Below, piece by piece: positions 9,091 to 16,720 of a stretch of DNA of 64,000 bases. The notes below the pieces were generated by a model. The model saw only the letters and a program-made list of their open reading frames with translations. It was not told where the DNA came from and did no database searches. The DNA comes from Acidobacteriota bacterium (GTDB lineage: Bacteria; Acidobacteriota; Blastocatellia; Pyrinomonadales; Pyrinomonadaceae). The stretch lies in contig JBKOZZ010000025.1 of NCBI GenBank assembly GCA_046726155.1, positions 8,167-72,166 of the forward strand, given 5' to 3'. The translations under genes were made by a program, and so were the position numbers. The first letter of the stretch is position 1; every line of letters begins with the position of its first letter.

Positions 9091-9145
9091 CTCATGTACC
9101 AGCGCGCCCCCAGGTCTTCTTTGAACTGCCTAACGATGGTTCACC

Positions 9146-9775
9146 TTAGTGCTTGTGTGTGTGCGTGTGTTTCGGTTTCGTTTCGCTCTCTTTGGGCGAT
9201 TCACCAGTTTCTCTTTTCTCAGGCTCGCCCGCTTGCTCGCTGAGTTCCCCACCAGCTTCGCGCGCTGCCTTCTGTAAACTCTGCAATTCTTCCGGTGAAA
9301 GTTTTGGCAAGCGACGAATCAGACTGACGAGATCCCAGATAGCTTCCGGTTTGTCTTCAAAGCGCCATGCTGGCATACCGGTAAGGCGAATGCCATTACT
9401 AATGATGTAGTAGAGTTCGCCATCACTGAGTTGCTGAGTATCAGCCAGACTCATATCGGGAACTTGTGGATAAAGGTTCTTACCGATGAGCGTATCGCCG
9501 CGTCCATCTATTCCATGACAGATGCCGCAATGCTCGACAAAGTGCTCATCCGCCTCGGCGATCATCTCAACCGTCTGCTGTTGGCGCGGATTCTTTAGGT
9601 TCTTCGCGTCAGTCGGCGTCGCGATTTTACGAGCATTTCGCGCCATCGTGCGCTCCATCCACGTAGGCTGTTCGCGCGCACTGAATCCGTATCCACGCGC
9701 GTACCAAAGAAAACCACCGAGTACCAAACCGATCACCGCGAGAGTCGAGATAACTGATAGAAGTATTTTTCGCAT
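9146..9775 (-). CDS. Membrane-anchored mono-haem c-type cytochrome with an acidic, His-rich C-terminal tail
   Basis: Has the CxxCH motif (CGICHG), a downstream Met ligand region (GMPAW), an N-terminal TM segment and the tail ...KPKHTHTHKH. Confidence 0.75.
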   Translation of the reverse strand: MRKILLSVISTLAVIGLVLGGFLWYARGYGFSAREQPTWMERTMARNARKIATPTDAKNLKNPRQQQTVEMIAEADEHFVEHCGICHGIDGRGDTLIGKNLYPQVPDMSLADTQQLSDGELYYIISNGIRLTGMPAWRFEDKPEAIWDLVSLIRRLPKLSPEELQSLQKAAREAGGELSEQAGEPEKRETGESPKESETKPKHTHTHKH

Positions 9776-9796
9776 GTCGTTCTCCTCCCTTCATCG

Positions 9797-11797
9797 CTAC
9801 GGCTTTGATTGCCGGTTCGTAGGCATATTCATTCCGCCGTGCATTCCATGCATGCTCATGTCCATCTTACCGGGACGGATTCGCAGGGAGAGTTTCCACG
9901 AAACTGGATTGTTGCCGTAGATCGAATCGAGAATCGCGGGCTTCGAATAGAAGGTAAGGTCGCCTCCAATTGCGAGCGAAAGTTTGTCCGTATCCCAAAT
10001 GTCACGCGCACCGCCAAACGTGTAGGCGCCAATGCGAAAAGACGGGTGATCTTGCGCGATTCCCAGCAGCGCGCGATCCGCTGGACGAAGCAAGTCGTCC
10101 TTGTCCACCAGCTCAAGCCGCGTGTAGAGATAATTCTTGTCGAGGAAGTTTACTGTTGACTCTGCCGTGTAACCGTTAAGGTTGTGAACCTCGCCTGGGC
10201 CGCTTACATGATTTCGCCCCCAGACAAACGCGGTAGCCCAGTTGCCATGATTGAGAGGTTTATTGTATTGCACCGAAGCGGTCGCACGGCGCACATCGAC
10301 ATCGGGTTCCTGGTTCTCCGGACTTCGCAAGAATCCATAACTTACTTGTGCTGTCCAATTCTTGTTCGGCATGAACCAAAGCCGCGCGGATCGCGAATTC
10401 CACTTGTGGGCATCAAAGTCGTAACGGTTCTCGTCCGGCTCGCGTCCATTGAAGATTGATCCTTCCAGCTTTAACCAACGGTAAGTGAATCCAGTGGTGA
10501 GCACACCAAAACTGATATGCGTTGAGTCTTGCAAGTGATGCGAAAGCGTCGCCGACGGATTTTCCGACGCTGACATGCGATGCATGAATGCCACTGGACC
10601 AAGTGCCGGCTCGCCGGGATATCCGAAGTATGTAAACCAGGTTCCGCGCTCCCCGAGCGGTAGCGTGTACTGCGCCGACAACTCCATAAAGAGATCGTGC
10701 GGGTGCTGCCGGTCGATGAGCGGTTGGCCTTTATAAGTTTCTCCTGTTTGAAAAAGGAGCGGAGAGCCTCCCGGTGGGAATGTAAACGGCTCAAAACTAA
10801 TCATGCCGCGCAGTTGCACGGTCCCTTTGCCGAGTTTGTGAAACGCCATCGGCATAAACCAGTTTGCCGACTCCACCTTCGTCACTCCGCGTGGGCCACC
10901 CTGGCGATTGACTCCGGCCACAATGTTGTAATGGAACATCAGCAACCAGTTGCCAGACACCTTGTGATGCATATGCATCGGTCCTGATGATGGCTGCCAG
11001 GAAGTTCCTGATCCCATCGCGCCCATCGACATAATGTTGGTATCGCTCGAGCCGACCCGAATACCCATATCGTTCTCAGACATCACCATGAGCGGTCCCA
11101 TTTCCGTTGGGCCCATTCCGGGCATGTTTTCCATGCCTTTCATGTTCTCCATCGCACCTGGCGATGGACTTGCTCCGGGCATGGGCATATTCATGTCCAT
11201 CTTTTGAGGTGACGCTCCGGGCGATGCCCCAGGCGTGGGCATGTTCATCTCCATCTTCTGTTGTGGAGAAGCCTGCGGGTTTGGCGAAGCTGTCGGCATC
11301 TGCATGCCGGGCATATTCATTTCCATCTTCTGCGGTGACGCGGATGGTGAGGGGCTCGTCTGCGGCATATTCATTCCCGGCATGTTCATCTGTTGAGGGG
11401 AAGGCTGGGACGGCGGTGACTTCTGAGTTGCTGGCGTTTTCATTCCGGGCATATTCATTCCCGGCATGTTTCCCATTTGATGTTTTGTTGCCGATGGTCT
11501 CTTTCGCGCGGTGCGATTCTTCTTTCGCCGAGTCTGCTTATGCATCCCCGACATGTTCATGCCGGGCATGTTCATTCCTGGCATATTGGCCATGTTGTGT
11601 TTCTTTGCCGGTCGTCTCTTTTTGGCTTTCGTCGTCTTCTTTGGCGACGGCGACTTGCTCTTACTCATCCCAGGCATGTTTTGCATGTCATGACCTTGAG
11701 CCACAGCAGTAGCAGTAGACGTGAAGATTAAACTGACAATAACGATAGCGCTTAGTACTAACGGGCAAAAGAAAGCGCCGCAACCTAACTTCTGCAT
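9797..11797 (-). CDS. Met-rich repeat protein with a large C-terminal beta-barrel-like domain. It is CopB/PcoB-like by composition, but the function is unproven
   Basis: Has a signal peptide followed by about 200 aa of MPGMNMPGM / QKMEMNMP repeats. The C-terminus ends ...MDMSMHGMHGGMNMP. The C-terminal 430 aa are rich in alternating aromatic/Gly strands. Confidence 0.6.
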   Translation of the reverse strand: MQKLGCGAFFCPLVLSAIVIVSLIFTSTATAVAQGHDMQNMPGMSKSKSPSPKKTTKAKKRRPAKKHNMANMPGMNMPGMNMSGMHKQTRRKKNRTARKRPSATKHQMGNMPGMNMPGMKTPATQKSPPSQPSPQQMNMPGMNMPQTSPSPSASPQKMEMNMPGMQMPTASPNPQASPQQKMEMNMPTPGASPGASPQKMDMNMPMPGASPSPGAMENMKGMENMPGMGPTEMGPLMVMSENDMGIRVGSSDTNIMSMGAMGSGTSWQPSSGPMHMHHKVSGNWLLMFHYNIVAGVNRQGGPRGVTKVESANWFMPMAFHKLGKGTVQLRGMISFEPFTFPPGGSPLLFQTGETYKGQPLIDRQHPHDLFMELSAQYTLPLGERGTWFTYFGYPGEPALGPVAFMHRMSASENPSATLSHHLQDSTHISFGVLTTGFTYRWLKLEGSIFNGREPDENRYDFDAHKWNSRSARLWFMPNKNWTAQVSYGFLRSPENQEPDVDVRRATASVQYNKPLNHGNWATAFVWGRNHVSGPGEVHNLNGYTAESTVNFLDKNYLYTRLELVDKDDLLRPADRALLGIAQDHPSFRIGAYTFGGARDIWDTDKLSLAIGGDLTFYSKPAILDSIYGNNPVSWKLSLRIRPGKMDMSMHGMHGGMNMPTNRQSKP

Positions 11798-11908
11798 GAT
11801 TCCCCCTTTGGACCCGTTCGCTTACGACAAACACAATCAAATCCTGGCAAAAGGTGCGCACACAAAGCGACACCAAGCTACGATTTAGCGAATGGACTTC
11901 GAAGGGGG

Positions 11909-12448
11909 CTAAATACGAAAGACGTTGATCAGAACGTGGCGGGGGAGCGCAATGCCCGGTGGGCCATGCTCCGAAGGCGTGATCAGAATGGGAAAAACAG
12001 AAAGCGATGCAAAGATAAGATTCGCCGGTGGTGAATCGGTTTCAACTAGTTGCTTCGACGGATCGACGGCGGCGGTTGAGACACTTCCCGCTGTTGGCTG
12101 CGAGTGACTCCAACAGTGCGGACATTGTTCGATCGGAAGATCGAATGCAACTTGATCACTTGAGGATTCAAACCTGGATTGTACATGTGAAGATTGAGTG
12201 GAGGAATCGCTTTTGGAGTAGGAAGAAGCATCGTGTTCCATCTCCATGTCGTTCATTTCCATACCAGCCATTTCATGGTGGCATGACGACGCATTCTCAA
12301 CCTGCTTTGGTTGGTGAGCTTTATGCTCGTTAGTGCAGGAGTGGTTCAACGCGAAGCGAGGGCAAAAAGCAGCCGCAATTACGTTCCCCCAGGCGCTCAT
12401 GAGAAACGCTATGATTAAAATGCCTACCGAGAAGGATCGCTTCCGCAT
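11909..12448 (-). CDS. Secreted His/Met/Cys-rich protein, first gene of the Met-rich OMP operon
   Basis: Has a signal peptide followed by CHHEMAGMEMNDMEMEH and CPHCWSH. Its C-terminal EHGPPGIALPRHVLINVFRI resembles the end of the 2742..3128 product. Confidence 0.55.
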   Translation of the reverse strand: MRKRSFSVGILIIAFLMSAWGNVIAAAFCPRFALNHSCTNEHKAHQPKQVENASSCHHEMAGMEMNDMEMEHDASSYSKSDSSTQSSHVQSRFESSSDQVAFDLPIEQCPHCWSHSQPTAGSVSTAAVDPSKQLVETDSPPANLIFASLSVFPILITPSEHGPPGIALPRHVLINVFRI

Positions 12449-12801
12449 ATTTCTCTAACCCAAGACACATGGAACGATGAATAATATAGCATCACAGGGC
12501 TCTCGATAACCAACTACTCCACCTCACCCGAATACGGAAGCAGCGTGGATCTTGGCGACCTTTCTAATCAGCACCGTGGCTTTGACCGGCGCATTAAGGA
12601 CTGCCTCCCGGAAGGTAAACATTTAAGTGATTTCCGGTTGATCAGGCATTAAATTTACCGCGCTAAAGTGACGCTCATGGTGAGAATGTTACGGCAAACT
12701 GCACCAACGCCTGCTGGCATCAACCGTGGACTTTCGTTAGACTGATTCTCCTGTATTCGAACTTCTGATTGGAAAACCAGAATTTACCAGAGAGGTTTAG
12801 C

Positions 12802-13017
12802 ATGGGGATTGATAAAGACCACATTCAAACTCAGGATGAAACGGGCGAGCCGGCGCCGATAGATCAAGTCGAAGAGCGCGTCGAAGCTGAGATGGAGAGA
12901 CTAAAAGGCAAAGCCAAGAAACTGGTAGCCGATGGTTTACAGGACGATAAACTGGCGCGCGAGGGCGAACAATTGAAGGAAGAGGCCGAGCGCAAATTGA
13001 ACAGGAAGGAAGATTGA
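12802..13017 (+). CDS. CsbD-family stress-response protein
   Basis: Contains the KGKAKKLVADGLQDDKLAREGEQLKEEAERKL pattern. The ATG at 12802 follows GAGAGG. The ORF-track start at 12769 is a TTG. Confidence 0.6.
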   Translation: MGIDKDHIQTQDETGEPAPIDQVEERVEAEMERLKGKAKKLVADGLQDDKLAREGEQLKEEAERKLNRKED

Positions 13018-13025
13018 TTCTCTGA

Positions 13026-13700
13026 CTAATCAGCGGCGGCTTTGTCGTTGAGGGCTTCCTGAAGAGCTTCTCTTAGCTGTGGTGGCGTATATACCGGGTT
13101 AAATCCCACGAACCGCTTGACCACGCGACCGCTGCGTGAAATCACAAAGCTTTGCGGTATCGCGTCGCGCCCTTGCATCAGGGCTATCGCAACCTCCGGA
13201 GTGGCCCAACCAACTCTGTAATCCACCTCAAAGTCGTGAACAAATGCGCGCACGCTTTCGGCGGAAGCATCCGGATTCTCGGTGGATAATCCGACCATCT
13301 CTACTCCCTGCGAGCGAAACTCCTTGTGCAGTTTGACCAGTTCCGGCGTCTCCAGCCGGCAGGGATTGCACCACGTCGCCCAGAGGTTAACGAGCAAAAC
13401 TTTCCCGGCGTAGTTTGAAAGCTTTATTGGGGCTCCAGCTACGGCTCTAAGTTCCGCCTCAGTCACGCTCACAGGCAGCATTGTCAGCGGCGCCGGCGCG
13501 GCGTTCCTGGCGGGCGGGACAGCGCTATTCGGAGCATTACCTTTTCTGGCCACCTCTGCCGGCGACTTATGCGGTTCGTCGTTGGAGCTGCAACTGGAAA
13601 TCCCAAAAGCTGCCACGAGTGAGAGCACGAGCACGGTGAAGGCGATCCGCGCCGGCGTCCATAATGGTTTTTCAGGGTTGTCCTTCTTCTTCACTTGCAT
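13026..13700 (-). CDS. TlpA/ResA-like periplasmic thiol:disulfide oxidoreductase
   Basis: Has the WATWCNPC active-site motif in a thioredoxin-like context and an N-terminal membrane or lipoprotein anchor. Confidence 0.8.
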   Translation of the reverse strand: MQVKKKDNPEKPLWTPARIAFTVLVLSLVAAFGISSCSSNDEPHKSPAEVARKGNAPNSAVPPARNAAPAPLTMLPVSVTEAELRAVAGAPIKLSNYAGKVLLVNLWATWCNPCRLETPELVKLHKEFRSQGVEMVGLSTENPDASAESVRAFVHDFEVDYRVGWATPEVAIALMQGRDAIPQSFVISRSGRVVKRFVGFNPVYTPPQLREALQEALNDKAAAD

Positions 13701-13836
13701 TTGTTACCTGCTATCGACGATGTACCCACCTGAGCATATCATTCGAAATAACTTTTAATGAAACTCGAGCAGTAACACAACCCTGACGGAACTGTCTCCG
13801 CCCGCGCGCGCAAGAAAAATTTGCGCTCAAAACAGC

Positions 13837-15066
13837 TTAGTGGGCCTTTCCAAACCGAAACGATTCAAGAATGACTGGCAGTTCGCCCTTCGAGCCAACG
13901 TCTTCGACACTCGACAATTCGGGGGCCAGCGAAGTTGTAAACATCGTTAAGGTGGCCCCGTTGCTATCACCGGCTACGCCAGTAGGCACAAACACCACTC
14001 GCCCCCACAATTGAAGGTCGCCTTTTTCCGTACCCTTCGAAAGTCCCACCCATCTAAACTCATAAGCATCGAGCGAATTAATTTTCGTGGGCCCTTCCGA
14101 CACCTTTCGATATTCGGGGATGTTCCTTGACAGATTAGTGCTCAACACTGCCACTAGCTGAGGAAACCTTGCTTCGTCTGCAGCGAACGTTCCTTTACTC
14201 GTATACCAGCCGACCGCAAAGTTCTCCTGGGTGAAGTCAGGCGGCAACCTTCTCTCGACCTTCGCAAAGCTGCTGGCGCCCGCCACTCCCGCTTTCGGGT
14301 CTACGTCCCAGCTGTCGGGATAGTAGAACGAGAAAGCTAAGTAGTGCTCGGCGAGTTTTCCATCGAGGTTCGTTTGTGAATTTGTAAACTGGGCGGTATT
14401 CGGTGGCGCCACAAACTCGCTTTCCGTTTTCTCGCCTTCAGTCTTTGCTTCTTCACTATTGGTATTTGTGTTGTTGTTGAGGTTTTCATTCTGGTTCTGT
14501 TTTACGACGACCGGTGGCCTGGCTTGCATCGCGTCGCGCCTCGGCTTGATCAGGAATAAGTACAATCCGGCGATCAAGGCCGCAGCCCCAAACATGAACA
14601 ACAAGGCCAGAATACCGAGGATTAAAGGAAGCTTTGATTTCGTCTTCGGAGCGGCCGGAAGTGGCACTACTGACGCGCTCGGCGTCAAGCCACCGCTCTG
14701 GGGTAATGGCGCGCTCTGCACTTGCGGTAACGGCTGCGCTGCAGCGGGTGGGGGTGGCGGCATTGTTGGCGGAGGCGGCACACTCGAAGAGATTGGTGAA
14801 CCCGTGGGTCCCGTCTTCCGTGGAAGGACTGCTGTTGGAGCTGAAGACGAGGTGGCGATTGTTTCGCCGAAGTCGGGCTCCGGACTGCTTGCCGGTTTTT
14901 CTATGGGCGACTCCGCTGATGGGGTTACAAGGTCAGCCGACGTGCCCTGGATCGTCGCATTGGGATCGAAGAGTTTGTCAGTCGTGACTAACTTGCCGCC
15001 ATCAATGGTGCAATACTTTTGATCTTCGTCGGGGAAACTGCGACCACACTTCGGGCAACGCTTCAT
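13837..15066 (-). CDS. Zn-ribbon / Pro-rich / single-TM protein with an uncharacterised ~200-aa extracytoplasmic domain
   Basis: Begins MKRCPKCGRSFPDEDQKYCTIDGGKL. A PPPP-rich linker follows, then the TM segment LPLILGILALLFMFGAAALIAGLYLFLI. Confidence 0.6.
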   Translation of the reverse strand: MKRCPKCGRSFPDEDQKYCTIDGGKLVTTDKLFDPNATIQGTSADLVTPSAESPIEKPASSPEPDFGETIATSSSAPTAVLPRKTGPTGSPISSSVPPPPTMPPPPPAAAQPLPQVQSAPLPQSGGLTPSASVVPLPAAPKTKSKLPLILGILALLFMFGAAALIAGLYLFLIKPRRDAMQARPPVVVKQNQNENLNNNTNTNSEEAKTEGEKTESEFVAPPNTAQFTNSQTNLDGKLAEHYLAFSFYYPDSWDVDPKAGVAGASSFAKVERRLPPDFTQENFAVGWYTSKGTFAADEARFPQLVAVLSTNLSRNIPEYRKVSEGPTKINSLDAYEFRWVGLSKGTEKGDLQLWGRVVFVPTGVAGDSNGATLTMFTTSLAPELSSVEDVGSKGELPVILESFRFGKAH

Positions 15067-15129
15067 GAGAGAGATCTGCTCCTTCTGAAATTGAGCTTGA
15101 GACGACCACTTCGCCGGCCAACCGAGGCA

Positions 15130-16368
15130 TCAATGCGCTTGCGCAAGTTTCTTTTCCAGATCCTTATTTGCGGGATCGAGTTCGAGCGCCTTCTTGTAAG
15201 CGCGCTCCGCGCTGGGCTTCTTCTTTACCTTCAGAAAACCGTCGCCCACACCTTCAAAACCGTAGATTCCAGCCAGTTGCTTGCGATCGCCCGGCGATGC
15301 AAACTGCGCCGCGCGCTCGTAAGTTACCTCTGCTTCCTCGAAGCGATCGAGCGCGAGATAAGTACGACCGAGAAGATTGAATGGTTGAAAAGCGCGCGGA
15401 CTTACTTCGGTAGCCAGTTTCAAATAGGACTCCGACTCCTGGTACCTCTTGAGGACCACCAGCATCCGGCCCATCAAATAAAGTGCGGTCGGATTTCGCG
15501 GATTGATTTCGAGGACCCGTTTTAGAACCGGTTCAGAGTTTTGCCATTGCTGTTCCGCCTGCAGCGATTCGGCAATCAGGTTCAAGGTAGCCGGATCCTT
15601 CGCCAGCTCTGTCGCCTTTTCATAAAGCGGCGCGGCCTCATCCCGCCGTCCTAGCCGATTCAGGACCCGAGCGAGATGCGCATAGGCCACTGGAAACTCA
15701 GGGTCGAGTTCCACCGCACGACGATAAGCATTCTCGGTCTCGTTGTTGAATAGGCCGCGCGCCTGAAGTGCAACTCCCAACCGATCCCAGGCGACTGCAT
15801 TCTTCGGTTGAAGCTGAATTGCGCGGCGCGCAAAACTTTCAGCGTCAACAAACCGTTTGGCATTGCCGGCGCCAGTACGTGGCTGCACCAGAACCACACT
15901 CAAAGCGACCAGCGCATCGACGTCAGATGGGCTCCACAGCGCGGCATTGCGGTAGGCAAGCTCAGCTTCCTCCCAGCGTTGTTGGTCGGAATAAACGTTG
16001 CCAAGCCCGTAAGCGGCGCGCCCGTCGTTGGCTTTGAGTTTGAGAACGCTTTGGTAGGCGGCTTCAGCTTCGGCGAAACGGCGCGCATCGCGAAATTGAT
16101 TTCCTTTGTCCAATAGGTCTTCAATTCGATCAGCGAGGCCCGCATTCGCAGGCGCTGTCGTGCGCGAAGCGGAACCGCGCTTAACCACCGGCGCTGTTCT
16201 GGTGGTGCGTTTCCTGGCCTCCGGATTTTTCGGCCTGAAAATTCCAGCGCCGCCAATGACATCCGCCCCAACGTCCTGTCCCGCAGCGCAGACACCGGCG
16301 AAGGACAAACCCATTGAAAGCGCAACAAACGTTAAAACTGAACGAAAATTCGAGGAAACTCTCATCAA
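15130..16368 (-). CDS. Secreted TPR-repeat protein
   Basis: Has a signal peptide and multiple 34-aa TPR-like units (A..Y...L...P....A...LG). Confidence 0.75.
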   Translation of the reverse strand: MMRVSSNFRSVLTFVALSMGLSFAGVCAAGQDVGADVIGGAGIFRPKNPEARKRTTRTAPVVKRGSASRTTAPANAGLADRIEDLLDKGNQFRDARRFAEAEAAYQSVLKLKANDGRAAYGLGNVYSDQQRWEEAELAYRNAALWSPSDVDALVALSVVLVQPRTGAGNAKRFVDAESFARRAIQLQPKNAVAWDRLGVALQARGLFNNETENAYRRAVELDPEFPVAYAHLARVLNRLGRRDEAAPLYEKATELAKDPATLNLIAESLQAEQQWQNSEPVLKRVLEINPRNPTALYLMGRMLVVLKRYQESESYLKLATEVSPRAFQPFNLLGRTYLALDRFEEAEVTYERAAQFASPGDRKQLAGIYGFEGVGDGFLKVKKKPSAERAYKKALELDPANKDLEKKLAQAH

Positions 16369-16550
16369 TACTCTCCCAGGTTAACTCGCGATTCTAGCCT
16401 TAAGCATACGCGACGAGAAATTTGGATAGCATCCTGACGAAGGGCAATTAAAACCGTGGCGGATTGTAGCTCAGTTTGCGGAAGATGAGCCAACTGGCAA
16501 GGCGGTAGTAACGGAAAGTTCTTATTTGCGACACCAGCCTACAGTTGACG

Positions 16551-16673
16551 AACGTTTTCACTGGGACCGCGGGCGTCTCGCCCGCCCGCGTACGGCAGGC
16601 GCAAACATCGGGAGTTAAGGTCAACGTATCTCGGAGCGGGCGGGCGAGACGCCCGCGGCCAGTGAAGACGTTG
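16551..16673. repeat. REPIN-like doublet, family B copy 1: two inverted ~37-bp GC-rich arms, each containing the hairpin GCGGGCG-TCT-CGCCCGC
   Basis: The left arm is aacgttttcactgggaccgcgggcgtctcgcccgcccgc. The right arm is gcgggcgggcgagacgcccgcggccagtgaagacgtt. The same arms recur at 53741-53866 with an unrelated spacer. Confidence 0.7.
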
Positions 16674-16720
16674 AAGTATCAAGTGAGACGGTCGCAATTC
16701 TACAGTTTGCGTTACATTGC

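Noticed and set aside
11107-11712. 201-aa plus-strand ORF, together with the overlapping 11477..11731 and 11511..11693 ORFs
   Set aside because: These are mirror-frame artefacts of the Met-codon repeat array (catgttcat units) in the 9797..11797 gene. The products are Cys/Ser/Phe-rich nonsense, and the minus-strand frame has a signal peptide and a coherent domain layout.
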